DNA of 64,000 bases, taken from Alteromonadaceae bacterium Bs31. GTDB lineage: Bacteria; Pseudomonadota; Gammaproteobacteria; Pseudomonadales; Cellvibrionaceae. The stretch lies in the NCBI GenBank assembly GCA_900177435.1, contig FXAI01000008.1:50689-114688 (forward strand), read 5' to 3'. Under the pieces are notes generated by a model that saw only the letters and a program-made list of their open reading frames with translations, had not been told where the DNA came from and searched no databases. Positions 1-9,796 of the stretch are shown here, piece by piece (position 1 is the first letter of the stretch; each line of letters opens with the position of its first letter). The translations under genes and the position numbers were made by a program.

Positions 1-615
1 AGAATAGTTTAGCGCGCACTGCAGGTTTAGCGCTAAGCAACATTTGTTGTGTTTTTTTCATGCACACTTTGCTTCTATTGAAACACCTTTCTTCCCCGGT
101 TTATGAGGGTGCCAGGGGAACCGCTATTACCTGCACCGGTATTGGGCAAGCACAACAAGCTTGAACCTTCTCTGTCCCTTCCTTCATCCCCTGACTAGTC
201 CTCGTTCACGGTTGCTGCTACGCAGAAATTAGTGATAGCGATTCATGGTGTCGAGCCTAGCGACTAAGCAGCGCGGGGCCTCGGGTGATGGGCGTCCTTT
301 CTCGCTGGCCAATTATTGTTCAGTTGGTGCGCGCCTGTAATATAAGCTTCATAAATCTGTCTTCGAGCTGTCACAGAAAAACGAAAGTATATGCGCGGCC
401 GGCATGAGGCGCTGCCTTTTGTCGTTTACGGGCAAGAACGGCTGTTTATTCACAGAGCCAGTAGTACTGGCAAGGGCTGTACTTGCTAAGTAAGAGCAAG
501 CGATTTTGTACCGATTTAACACTCTCTTTGGTGCTTTGACCGAAGAGCTATTTTTACGAAATAAAATTTAAGTACATACCTATTAGCAACCTTAATCTTA
601 AAGAGAGTTGAGCTT

Positions 616-2292
616 ATGAAAATTAAAAGTTTAGTTGCCTTGTTTGCAGTTTCTGCTGCCCTGGTTGCTTGCGGCGGCGGTGATATTAATATCGACGCGC
701 AAACCAATGACAACAGTAACGATAACTCGACCAACAATAGCAACAACGTGAATGTTGGTGGCGGTAGCCAAGAAGAATCTACCTGTGCCAGCTACACCAT
801 CGACGACAGCGTCACAGAAGGTTTTTACAACGGTACAGACTGTGTTTACTCCTCCTCTTTCGTAGATATTGATGCGCCTCTGCTTGCAGACGCTACTTTC
901 AAGGCTTTGCCTGGTAGCGGTGTTCACTTGTTTGATGGCAGCTTGGTAGTTGGTCAATCTTACTCCAGTACTGCTGACATGAATTCTGCTGGCATTACCG
1001 AAGGTGGCGATGGCCCTTCTATCACAATTGAAGCCGGCGCTGTACTTGCGTTTGGCGCGGGCGACTTTATTAACATTAACCGTGGCTCTCAGATCAATGC
1101 TATTGGCAGCAAGACTCGTCCAATCATTCTCACTGGTAAGGATGATGTGAATGGTACCTTGTCTAGCCCGGAAGACGACCAAGCCTGGGGTGGTGTAATC
1201 ATTAACGGTTTCGCCGTTAATAACAATTGTGCATATACCGGCAATCGTGGTGAAAGCGGTTTTGCTATGTCGGCTGAATGTTCAAACCTCTTCGAAGGAA
1301 CCGAAGGTATCACGCCAGTTCACAGTGGTGGTGATAACGATGCAGACAACTCTGGTCGCATGGAATATGTGGTGGTTAAGCACGCTGGCTCCGAAGTGGC
1401 GGACGGTAAAGAAATTAATGGTGTAACGTTTAACTCGGTTGGAAACGCGACTGTTGTAAATAACCTGGAAGTTTATTCTTCTTATGACGACGGTATTGAG
1501 TTCTTCGGTGGTGCTGTAGATATCACTAATTATGTTGCCGTTTATGTTCGCGACGACTCCATCGATGTTGACGAAGGGTATATTGGTACGGTTGATACTG
1601 CTTTAGTTATTCAGTCGGAAACCAACGGCAACCACTGTGTAGAGTCTGACGGCCTGGGTGGCTACGGTACTCCAGGTGATGCAGATCGTATCGCACAAGG
1701 TCTTAACTCTGCGGCAACTATTATCAACCTGACCTGTATCGTCTCTCCACAAGCTGAAGGCACTCATGGTGAAGGCGCTGGCTTGCGCATTCGTGAAGCT
1801 CACTTTGCCACGATTCAAAATGCCATTGTTACCACTGCTTATCTGGCTGATGGAAAAACAGAAGATGACGCAAGCGATGATACCGATGGCAACTACTGCC
1901 TGCGTTTAGAAAGTGCAGAAGGTCTTCAGGCTGCTGTTGATGGAGAGCTGATGATTGAAGAATCCATTTTCGCTTGTCATGACCTTAGCAAAGGTGACGA
2001 CCTGCCAGACGGCAACACTCAGGTGCAGTTCCTGCAGGCTTCAAACGATGTGATGCAAACTGCTGTGACAGGCCAGGATCCAACTGCAGGCAGCGAGCCT
2101 AACATTGTAATTCTTGACGGTTTTTACTCTGTACCCCTCGTCGACATGGTTGTGGATGGCAACGTTTCAACCGTCACTCCCGTTGATGGCCGCGCGTATA
2201 TCGGTGCCGTTCTCGCTGCAGAAGACTGGACCACCGATTGGACCTACGGTCTGCACATCGGTAGTCGCGGCCAGGCTCTTTGGTTCGAATAA
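616..2292 (+). CDS. Secreted lipoprotein of unknown function. It is Asp/Gly/Asn-rich and may be a beta-helix or polysaccharide-interacting protein.
   Basis: N-terminus MKIKSLVALFAVSAALVACGGG is a lipoprotein signal with a lipobox-like LVAC. The 558-aa product is very rich in D/G/N/T. It lies directly upstream of and co-oriented with a TonB-dependent receptor. Confidence 0.55.
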   Translation: MKIKSLVALFAVSAALVACGGGDINIDAQTNDNSNDNSTNNSNNVNVGGGSQEESTCASYTIDDSVTEGFYNGTDCVYSSSFVDIDAPLLADATFKALPGSGVHLFDGSLVVGQSYSSTADMNSAGITEGGDGPSITIEAGAVLAFGAGDFININRGSQINAIGSKTRPIILTGKDDVNGTLSSPEDDQAWGGVIINGFAVNNNCAYTGNRGESGFAMSAECSNLFEGTEGITPVHSGGDNDADNSGRMEYVVVKHAGSEVADGKEINGVTFNSVGNATVVNNLEVYSSYDDGIEFFGGAVDITNYVAVYVRDDSIDVDEGYIGTVDTALVIQSETNGNHCVESDGLGGYGTPGDADRIAQGLNSAATIINLTCIVSPQAEGTHGEGAGLRIREAHFATIQNAIVTTAYLADGKTEDDASDDTDGNYCLRLESAEGLQAAVDGELMIEESIFACHDLSKGDDLPDGNTQVQFLQASNDVMQTAVTGQDPTAGSEPNIVILDGFYSVPLVDMVVDGNVSTVTPVDGRAYIGAVLAAEDWTTDWTYGLHIGSRGQALWFE

Positions 2293-2332
2293 TTCTGACC
2301 ACTAAATTTGTACTTAAACATTTGCCGTAATT

Positions 2333-2362
2333 CAGAGGGCGCCTTACGGCGCCCTTTCTATT
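2333..2362 (+). terminator. Weak hairpin (AGGGCGCC-ttac-GGCGCCCT) followed by a T-rich run, between the lipoprotein and receptor genes. It may be an attenuator or partial terminator.
   Basis: Inverted repeat read directly in the sequence; the T-tract is short (tttctatt). Confidence 0.3.
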
Positions 2363-2398
2363 CAAAGGCATCAACTTTAGACACTAGGGTCGGTTTAG

Positions 2399-5107
2399 AT
2401 GAAAAGTAACAGATTAAATCTTGGCGTTTTGCTGGCGGCGTTTCCGTTGAGCGCATTGAGCCTGGCAATTAGCTCCGTAGTTTATGCTCAGGGTGACGGC
2501 AGTACTTACAACGGCCCGGTAAACCCTATGGAAGAGATGGTAGTTCTCGGCCGGGTGAGAAGTGCTGCAACAGATACAATTGTGCAGCGTATGGAAATGG
2601 ACGTAGCGGTTGATATCATTAACGAAGAACAAATAAGCCGTATTGGCGACACCAACGTTGCCGACGCGCTGCAGCGCCTTCCGGGTGTTACTACCGTTGA
2701 TGATAAATTTGTGTATGTGCGAGGTTTGGGTGAGCGTTATTTATCAAGTACTTTGAACGGTGCTATGGTTCCTTCGCCGGACCTTACCCGCAACGTAATT
2801 CCTCTGGATATTTTTCCCACCTCAATTGTAGAGTCACTCTCCGTCCAGAAGGCCTACTCGGCAGATATGTCCGCCAACTTTGGTGGTGGTAGTGTTGATA
2901 TTACTACCAAGGGTATTCCAAACGCTCCTACCTTCGAAATTGAAGTTGGTGTTGGTTCTACTTCTAACGCAGGGGACTTTCTCTCCTACAATGGCGGTGA
3001 TGATGACGTGTGGGGCAAGGATGATGGCACACGAAGTATGTCTCCGGTCATCGATAATGCGCTCGATTTATATCTTGGCGACTTCTCTGAGGATAGCATT
3101 CTTAAAAATGACCCTGGGGTAAGCACTCGCGAAGAGGCTGCGCAAGTTCAAAGAGAGCTTACAACTGAGTTGTACCGGGATTTAACTATTCAGGAAGAAA
3201 GCGGTAGCCCCGATTACGGTGTGAAGGTTAACGGCGGAACCTTACATACCTTTGTTAACGGCATGGAAATAGGGTTTCTTGCTGGTGCCTCCTATATCAA
3301 CAAGTGGCGCAATGAATCGCAAGAGATCAGAAATGTTGCCGATCCAGAAAACCAGGCAAGGTTTAAGTCCTCCAGTACCAATAGTGTTGATATTACGGGT
3401 AACTTGAGTTTTGGCTTTTTGTTTAACGAAGACAACAGTATTGAAACAACCAGCCTCTATATACGTAATACTGATGATGAAACCGCTATTGAAAATATTT
3501 TCAACGAAAACCGTTTAATTTCCGATGGTATTGGCTTTAGGGATTACACCTACGAGTATGAGCAGCGGGAATTAATCGTGAACCAGATTCACGGCAAGCA
3601 TGTACTCACGGAAGAAACACGCGACTCCCTCAATTTGGGTTTCCTCTCCTTCCTGGATGGGCTCTCCGCTGACTGGTACTACTCAGACGCTGAAGTATCC
3701 ACCAAAAAACCGAGCGAAGTGACTTTTGAGGCTGATACCGTGGCGGATAAAGTAAGCGGTGAAGTGCTTAGCTCGACTATTCAGGTAAAACCCAATGTCG
3801 GTAACTATCGTTATACAGACCTGGTGGATTATGTGGATAGCACCGGTGTTGAGTTCGGCTTACCCTTCGAAACAGACTCCCTCGTTATGAGTGTAAAAGG
3901 CGGCTGGGAATACTGGAAGAAAGCGCGTGTTTACGAGCAAATCGAATTTTCAATGGGTATGGATAATGTAGATAGGGATGCTCTGCCGTTGGAGCAGGGG
4001 CCTACAGAAGTATTTTCGGATGATAATGTTCTAAATCCGGATTTCGATTTTTCGATTATTTCCCGTAATACCAATAGCAACAGCTATATTGCTGCGAATA
4101 AACTGAATGCGTATTTTGGTGAGTTTGATGTTACCTGGAATGATTTTGTGCGCGTGACGCTGGGTGGTCGTTGGGAAGATTTTAAACTGGCAACCTTAGA
4201 CTGGAACCCACTGGCTTACGGCAGCTCTTCGCAAATTTCCTATCCGGATGATATTGGAACTCGCTCGGAAGAAGATACCTTTTATACCGCTGCGACTACC
4301 TTGATGTTCAGCGATTTTTGGGCAGAAGATTTCCAGCTGCGATTTAACCTGGCAGAAACAGCAGTGCGGCCGGATTTACGGGAAGTGTCGCCATCGTCTT
4401 TTGAAGACCCGCTTACCGATCTGTTGGTATTTGGGAACCCGGATGTTTTGTCTTCCAGCATTAAGCATTACGATATTCGTGCAGAATGGTTTTTTGGTAA
4501 TGGTAATAACTTCACGTGGTCTGCATTCCATAAAGATGTAACTGACCCCATTGAACTGTTCAGCTTGCCCATCAGTGATGGTGGATTGGCCGCAGAAGTG
4601 GAGAACGGTGAACGTGGTAGCATTACCGGAAGTGAGATAGAAGGCCTGATCAGCTTGGGCAATGTCTTGGATGTGCTTGATCCCTTCTTCTTGCAAGGAA
4701 ACATTACGGTGCTTGAGTCGGAGCTGGAGGTTGGGGACAAGGCAAATGCACCCACCAATCTGAAGCGAGAAATGAATGGAGCTTCGCCCTATTCGGTTAA
4801 CTTTATTGTGGGCTTTGATTCTGCCGACTCAATGCACGCTGCAACGCTTTCCTATAATGTGTTCGGTGAGCGTTTGTTTATTGCTGGTCGAAACGGAGCA
4901 ACGGATATCTATGAAAGCCCGTTCCACTCGCTTAACTTCACCTATTCTTTTTATCCAATTGAGGCATTAACGATTAAGTTAAAGATGAAGAATTTATTGG
5001 ATCAGAGTACTACATACACGCGTGAAGACTATACGGGGGCTGATATGGATATTATCGATATTGATAAAGGCCAGGAATATAGCTTAAGCTTCCAGTATAA
5101 GTACTAA
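2399..5107 (+). CDS. TonB-dependent outer membrane receptor.
   Basis: Signal peptide, then an N-terminal plug region (DTIVQRMEM..., NVADALQRLPGVTT...VRGLGERY...). The 902-aa product has a C-terminal aromatic residue (FQYKY), typical of beta-barrel outer membrane proteins. Confidence 0.9.
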   Translation: MKSNRLNLGVLLAAFPLSALSLAISSVVYAQGDGSTYNGPVNPMEEMVVLGRVRSAATDTIVQRMEMDVAVDIINEEQISRIGDTNVADALQRLPGVTTVDDKFVYVRGLGERYLSSTLNGAMVPSPDLTRNVIPLDIFPTSIVESLSVQKAYSADMSANFGGGSVDITTKGIPNAPTFEIEVGVGSTSNAGDFLSYNGGDDDVWGKDDGTRSMSPVIDNALDLYLGDFSEDSILKNDPGVSTREEAAQVQRELTTELYRDLTIQEESGSPDYGVKVNGGTLHTFVNGMEIGFLAGASYINKWRNESQEIRNVADPENQARFKSSSTNSVDITGNLSFGFLFNEDNSIETTSLYIRNTDDETAIENIFNENRLISDGIGFRDYTYEYEQRELIVNQIHGKHVLTEETRDSLNLGFLSFLDGLSADWYYSDAEVSTKKPSEVTFEADTVADKVSGEVLSSTIQVKPNVGNYRYTDLVDYVDSTGVEFGLPFETDSLVMSVKGGWEYWKKARVYEQIEFSMGMDNVDRDALPLEQGPTEVFSDDNVLNPDFDFSIISRNTNSNSYIAANKLNAYFGEFDVTWNDFVRVTLGGRWEDFKLATLDWNPLAYGSSSQISYPDDIGTRSEEDTFYTAATTLMFSDFWAEDFQLRFNLAETAVRPDLREVSPSSFEDPLTDLLVFGNPDVLSSSIKHYDIRAEWFFGNGNNFTWSAFHKDVTDPIELFSLPISDGGLAAEVENGERGSITGSEIEGLISLGNVLDVLDPFFLQGNITVLESELEVGDKANAPTNLKREMNGASPYSVNFIVGFDSADSMHAATLSYNVFGERLFIAGRNGATDIYESPFHSLNFTYSFYPIEALTIKLKMKNLLDQSTTYTREDYTGADMDIIDIDKGQEYSLSFQYKY

Positions 5108-5118
5108 GCTAAGGTGAA

Positions 5119-5153
5119 CAAAAAAAACCGCGCAAATGCGCGGTTTTTTTTTA
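5119..5153. terminator. Bidirectional rho-independent terminator between two convergent genes.
   Basis: aaaaaaaaCCGCGCAaatGCGCGGttttttttt is a perfect GC-rich stem flanked by an A-tract and a T-tract. Confidence 0.75.
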
Positions 5154-5188
5154 TTTAATCAGAGGTTCCCTAGGCTAAAACAATCGGA

Positions 5189-5989
5189 TTAAGCTGCATT
5201 CGCCGCCGCCAGTGGCTCCTGCGTAGGCTTCATCCACTCAACTTTATCGACAAAGTGCAGCAAGTTCAATTTGCCGGAATAATCTTCAATGAGGGCGGTA
5301 CAGCTCTCAACCCAATCGCCGGTGTTGGCATAGGTAAATCCATCGTGTATATCGAGATCGGCGGAGTGAATATGGCCACATACAACCCCGTCATATCCTT
5401 GTCGGCGAGCTTCTTCTATACACTGTTTTTTGTAGCGCTCTATGGCAGACCTGGCGCCGTGAACATTGCTTTTAATCTGGCCGGCAAGTGAGAAGTAAGG
5501 CCGGCCTGCCAGTTTGCGCAAGCGGTTGCCCCAGCGGTTAAGCCAGAGTAAAAAACAGTAGGCGATATCGCCGGTCATTTTGGTGAGCCAGTCAAACTGC
5601 ATATAAGCGTCCATGGCGTCGCCATGAAGTATCCAGAGCCGTTTACCATTGGCAGACTCGAAAACGTGCTCGTGCATAATTTCGATCGGGCCAAAGGTCT
5701 GGCCATCGAAACGGCGCATAGGGTCATCGTGGTTGCCGGGTATGTAAATAACGCGCGTACCTTTTTCCGCAAGTTCGTACAGCTTCAACAGGAGGTGGTA
5801 GTGTTCCTGGGGCCAGTAGACACGTTTTTTAAGAGACCATAAATCAACAATGTCGCCAACCAGGTACAGTGTTTCGCAACTGATGGAATCCAGGAATGTA
5901 TAGAGGTAGTCTGCCTTACAATCCTTAAAACCAAGGTGTACATCTGAAATCCATACGGTACGAGCATTCACATGCTTTGATACTGACAT
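5189..5989 (-). CDS. Calcineurin-like metallophosphoesterase of the LpxH-like UDP-2,3-diacylglucosamine hydrolase family.
   Basis: Motifs WISDVHLG, LYLVGDIVDLW and IYIPGNHDD. An ATG at 5987-5989 is preceded by a GGAGAAAGG RBS; the longer ORF-track start uses a non-ATG codon. Confidence 0.7.
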   Translation of the reverse strand: MSVSKHVNARTVWISDVHLGFKDCKADYLYTFLDSISCETLYLVGDIVDLWSLKKRVYWPQEHYHLLLKLYELAEKGTRVIYIPGNHDDPMRRFDGQTFGPIEIMHEHVFESANGKRLWILHGDAMDAYMQFDWLTKMTGDIAYCFLLWLNRWGNRLRKLAGRPYFSLAGQIKSNVHGARSAIERYKKQCIEEARRQGYDGVVCGHIHSADLDIHDGFTYANTGDWVESCTALIEDYSGKLNLLHFVDKVEWMKPTQEPLAAANAA

Positions 5990-6200
5990 GCCTTTCTCCG
6001 GATACAAATTAGGTATTCTCAAGGCCTTAGTGTCGTTAATGCAGATGACGGTTTGTTAACAGCAATATTAAGGTTTGGTTAAAGATGAGCGGGGCAGCAG
6101 GCAGGCTTAAACTTAAGCTGCGTAGATCATAAGCGTATGATTGCGCATAGCGATGCATGTGGGCGGCGCTATACCCGCGCCTCCCTTTCTGCCGCTCTTG

Positions 6201-7760
6201 CTATTTCAGCTCAACGACTACGATGGATTTTGCTGGCAAAGTGAGTACCAGCTCTCCTTTATCTGCCTTCGCAGAGAAAGCCTCAGGCTGGATATTTTCA
6301 GGCTTATCAAAGGTATTGTGAGTGTCCATATGCTTTGCCGTAAGAATACTGCCTTGAGCGGTTTTTATAGGCTCATTCGCTTTTACCTTAAGTTTTAGAG
6401 GCTTGCTCGGAAATGGATTTACCAGGGATAACCAGATCTTGCCATCCTTGCTTTCGGCTGCCGAAGCACTTAAGCCGGGAATGCGTTTGTCGTTGCTAGT
6501 GTAGTCGGGGCTGCCGGTAATATTGTATGCCAGAGTTTTCGCATCCTGAAAAGGAATGTACATTTTAAAGGTGTGGTAAGTGGGAGTGAGCAACATTTTT
6601 TCTTTGTCGGTGAGGATCATTGCCTGCAATACATTTACCATCTGTGCGATGTTGCTCATATGAATGCGTTCTGCATATTTGTGAAACACATTTAAATTAA
6701 CGGCTGCTACTACCGCATCACGTAAGGTGTTTTGCTGAAACAAGAAACCTGGGTTATCACCTTCCATGGTGTCGTACCAGGTGCCCCACTCATCAATATA
6801 CAAACCTATTGTTTTGTCCGGGTCATGTTCATCCAATACTGCGATATTGTCTTCGATAAATTTCTCGATTCTTAAGCTCTGCCATAAAGTGCTGAACCAC
6901 TCGTGTTCAGAAAAGTTTAAGGCAGCACCGTGTTTTTCCCAGTTGCCTGTTGGCAATGTGTAGTAGTGGTGGCTTATGGCGTCCATACGCAGGCTCCAGC
7001 TGGGTTTTATATTTTTTACCAGAGTTTCCGTCCAGATGGTCTCAGCTTCCGTGCCGCCACTGGCGATAAGTATGGGACGATTATCCGAAGGGGTTTTGAG
7101 GAAGGTAGCGTAGTGTTTGTATAAATCGCTATAGTACTGGGGAGTCATGTTGCCACCGCAGCCCCAGGACTCGTTGCCAATCGCGAAGTAATGTATTTTC
7201 CAAGGCTTGTCGCGGCCGTTGGCTCGGCGAAGCATCGCCAGGCTAGAGTCGCTGTCTGAAGTCATATATTCAAGCCAGGCAGCCATTTCACGCGGAGTGC
7301 CTGTGCCCAGATTGCCATTGATATAAACCTCTGCCTCCAGCATTTCTGCAAGTTCAAGAAATTCGTGAGTACCAAAAGCGTTGTCGTCGATGACACCGCC
7401 CCACGTGGTATTCACCGTTTTTTTGCGTTGATTGCGGGGACCGATACCATCTTGCCAGTGGTATTCATCGGCAAAACAGCCGCCGGGCCAGCGCAGTAAA
7501 GGCACTTGTAGCTCTTTAAGGGCTTTAAGAACGTCCTTTCGATAACCGTTTTTGTTCGGGATCCTGGACTTTTCTCCTACCCAGATACCTTCGTAAATAC
7601 CTCGGCCGAGGTGCTCCATAAACTGGCCGTATATATTGCGGTGAATAATTGGGCCTGGTTTTTTGGTGTCGATGGTGACAGTGATATGGGGCTCATCCGC
7701 GTGGCAGAGCAAGGCTAGAGTGCAGCACAGTGCAACACCCAGGGTTAATACGTGTTTCAT
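6201..7760 (-). CDS. abfA: Secreted alpha-L-arabinofuranosidase of glycoside hydrolase family 51.
   Basis: Signal peptide MKHVLTLGVALCCTLALLCHA. The catalytic-region sequence reads GQFMEHLGRGIYEGIW...LRWPGGCFADEYHWQDGIGP...YFAIGNESWGCGG. A GAAGG RBS precedes the ATG at 7758-7760. Confidence 0.85.
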   Translation of the reverse strand: MKHVLTLGVALCCTLALLCHADEPHITVTIDTKKPGPIIHRNIYGQFMEHLGRGIYEGIWVGEKSRIPNKNGYRKDVLKALKELQVPLLRWPGGCFADEYHWQDGIGPRNQRKKTVNTTWGGVIDDNAFGTHEFLELAEMLEAEVYINGNLGTGTPREMAAWLEYMTSDSDSSLAMLRRANGRDKPWKIHYFAIGNESWGCGGNMTPQYYSDLYKHYATFLKTPSDNRPILIASGGTEAETIWTETLVKNIKPSWSLRMDAISHHYYTLPTGNWEKHGAALNFSEHEWFSTLWQSLRIEKFIEDNIAVLDEHDPDKTIGLYIDEWGTWYDTMEGDNPGFLFQQNTLRDAVVAAVNLNVFHKYAERIHMSNIAQMVNVLQAMILTDKEKMLLTPTYHTFKMYIPFQDAKTLAYNITGSPDYTSNDKRIPGLSASAAESKDGKIWLSLVNPFPSKPLKLKVKANEPIKTAQGSILTAKHMDTHNTFDKPENIQPEAFSAKADKGELVLTLPAKSIVVVELK

Positions 7761-7785
7761 AGGGGCCTTCTGTATTTTTATGATT

Positions 7786-8331
7786 CTATTCGCACCAGTA
7801 CTCTGCTCGATACAGGCTTTTTGCGCAAATAACTTTGCTATCAAAGTTACCGCTTATACCTCTGCGCAATGATTTAAGCATCCAGGCATCCCTGTGCTTG
7901 TCTGCTATATGATAGGGGGCGCTGAGCCCGAAACGGTACGCAGGCTCAAAGCCGAAACGGGTGTAGTAGCGGGGATCTCCAAGAACGAAGACAATATCTA
8001 TCCCCTGTTCCTCCAGAAGGTGCAAGCCTCTGTGGACCAACGCAGAGCCGCAGCCCTGCTTTTGGTAAGCGGGAACAACAGCCAGAGGGGCGAGTAGAGA
8101 AATTTGCAGCCCGTGTTCACCTTCCAGCTCTGCGTGCGTGAACAGCACGTGGCCCACAGGGGTATCCTGTTTATAGGCCAGCAAGGAGAGTATTGGTGTT
8201 GCACTTGGGTCTGCCAGCAGGTTTTTTGTCAACTCGGCTTCTTCATTGGTTTCGAAGGCGGCTTGCTCAACGCTAACAATGTGCCCGAGCTGCTGCTCAC
8301 CGCCATGAATGATTTGAATGTCGTTATTCAT
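7786..8331 (-). CDS. GNAT family N-acetyltransferase.
   Basis: Acetyl-CoA binding motif QKQGCGSALV...GIDIVFVLGDPRYYTRFGF. In-frame ATG at 8329-8331. Confidence 0.75.
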   Translation of the reverse strand: MNNDIQIIHGGEQQLGHIVSVEQAAFETNEEAELTKNLLADPSATPILSLLAYKQDTPVGHVLFTHAELEGEHGLQISLLAPLAVVPAYQKQGCGSALVHRGLHLLEEQGIDIVFVLGDPRYYTRFGFEPAYRFGLSAPYHIADKHRDAWMLKSLRRGISGNFDSKVICAKSLYRAEYWCE

Positions 8332-8401
8332 TGTGGTTTGCAATCCAAGTTGATGGAAGGAACGTAAACCTATCATACATAAATTTAATGAGTGTTGACC
8401 T

Positions 8402-8956
8402 ATGCTAGGTTTTATTACGCGCCCCCGCTCGCTAAGGATTTTGGCGTTCGTTGCAGGCTTAAGCTTATTGGGTGCTTGCTCATCCCCTGATATTTCCCAA
8501 TACGAAGGTACGCTGCCGCTATTAGATGTAAAGGACTATTTTGACGGTCATTTGAGTGCGCACGGGATAGTAAAAAATCGAGCAGGCAAGGTGATTCGCA
8601 CCTTTAATGCTGATATTACCGCAAGCTGGAGCGAGGAAGGGATAGGCCGCCTACATGAAACCTTTTTATTTAGTGACGGTGAAGAGCAAATCAGGGTGTG
8701 GCAGTTAGTGCCCCTCGGTGATGGCAAGTATCGAGCAAGCGCCAACGATGTCGTTGGTGAGTCTGTGTTGGTTAGTGCAGGCAATGCGCTGTTTTTGAAT
8801 TACATCCTGGAAGTACCCTACAAGGACGGCACTATGCCGCTGCGGGTTGATGATCGCATGTACCTGGTGAATGATCAGATGCTGATAAACGAATCTATTC
8901 TCAAAAAATTTGGTATACGCGTAGCCTCGGTGACCTTAGTTATTGTTAAGCATTAG
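8402..8956 (+). CDS. DUF3833-family lipoprotein.
   Basis: Lipoprotein signal ...LLGACSSP. The conserved stretch LDVKDYFDGHLSAHGIVKNRAGKVIRTFNADI is typical of this family. Confidence 0.55.
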   Translation: MLGFITRPRSLRILAFVAGLSLLGACSSPDISQYEGTLPLLDVKDYFDGHLSAHGIVKNRAGKVIRTFNADITASWSEEGIGRLHETFLFSDGEEQIRVWQLVPLGDGKYRASANDVVGESVLVSAGNALFLNYILEVPYKDGTMPLRVDDRMYLVNDQMLINESILKKFGIRVASVTLVIVKH

Positions 8957-9006
8957 CACACTGCTGCTCACACGGCTTGTGAGCGGAAAAATGCTATTCT
9001 TGTGCA

Positions 9007-9795
9007 ATGCTTATAGACACCCACTGCCACATGGATTTTGCCGCGTTCGACAGCGACCGCAACGCTGTCATCAGCCAGTGCCGGCAGCTTGGGGTGGAGC
9101 AGCTGATCTGCCCAGGCGTGTCGCCACAGCAGTGGCCCAAGCTGGACGCTCTGGCGAAGCGTTATGAGGGGGTGGCTTACGCGGTGGGTATTCATCCCTG
9201 GTTCATATCCTCCTTAGCGGATACTCCTCAGGCTTTCTCCTTAGCGCAATACGATGATCAATTGAAAAACATTGTCGCTGGCCAGCTGCGCTGTGTTGCC
9301 ATTGGTGAATGCGGTCTGGATGCAAAGATCGATGTGCCCTTAGCCCTGCAGCAAGAGGTGCTGGAATGGCATTGTCATCAAGCGCAAGCGCTGCAGCTTC
9401 CTCTGATTGTTCACTGTGTGAAGGCCCATAATGAAATGCTGCAGTGTCTAAATAATTTTCCAGAAGTGAAAGGGGTGATTCATGCCTTCAGCGGCAGTAT
9501 TGAATTGGCGGAAAATTATTGGCAGCGGGGTTTTTTACTGGGTGTTGGTGGCACTATTACCTACGAGCGAGCCTCTAAAACCCGATCTAGCTTGAGCGCT
9601 ATGCCTCTGGAAAGCCTTTTGCTTGAAACGGACGCTCCGGATATGCCTTTGCAAGGTCAGCAGGGGCATCGCAACAGCCCGGTAAACCTGGTGGCGATCG
9701 CACAGCAGCTCGCTCAATTACGAGGCATAAGTGTCGAGGCGGTAGCTGAGGCCACTAGCCGAAACGCCAAGGGCTTATTTGGCAGACTAAGCTAG
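9007..9795 (+). CDS. tatD: TatD family metal-dependent hydrolase (DNase).
   Basis: MLIDTHCHMDF..., GIHPWF, GECGLD and LLETDAPDM motifs. Confidence 0.85.
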   Translation: MLIDTHCHMDFAAFDSDRNAVISQCRQLGVEQLICPGVSPQQWPKLDALAKRYEGVAYAVGIHPWFISSLADTPQAFSLAQYDDQLKNIVAGQLRCVAIGECGLDAKIDVPLALQQEVLEWHCHQAQALQLPLIVHCVKAHNEMLQCLNNFPEVKGVIHAFSGSIELAENYWQRGFLLGVGGTITYERASKTRSSLSAMPLESLLLETDAPDMPLQGQQGHRNSPVNLVAIAQQLAQLRGISVEAVAEATSRNAKGLFGRLS

Positions 9796-9796
9796 T

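Noticed and set aside
100-200. Cobalamin-riboswitch-like GGTGCC...GGGAA fragments upstream of the TonB-dependent receptor operon.
   Set aside because: The B12-box (GCCACTG) and the other conserved cores are absent. It cannot be supported without a covariance-model scan.
380-450. Possible tmRNA tag-like stretch (reverse complement GTAAACGACAAAAGGCAGCGCC resembles GCAAACGACGAAAACTACGC of ssrA).
   Set aside because: The putative tag frame has no nearby stop codon and no ...ALAA-like ending, and there is no tRNA-like acceptor/T-arm (GGTTCGAATCC...CCA) nearby. The similarity is coincidental.
631-1313. Minus-strand ORFs 631..1182 (183 aa) and 1089..1313 inside the first lipoprotein gene.
   Set aside because: They are antisense to a plus-strand ORF with a convincing lipoprotein signal and an RBS, and their translations are Val/Thr/Asn-rich, mirroring the sense-strand composition.
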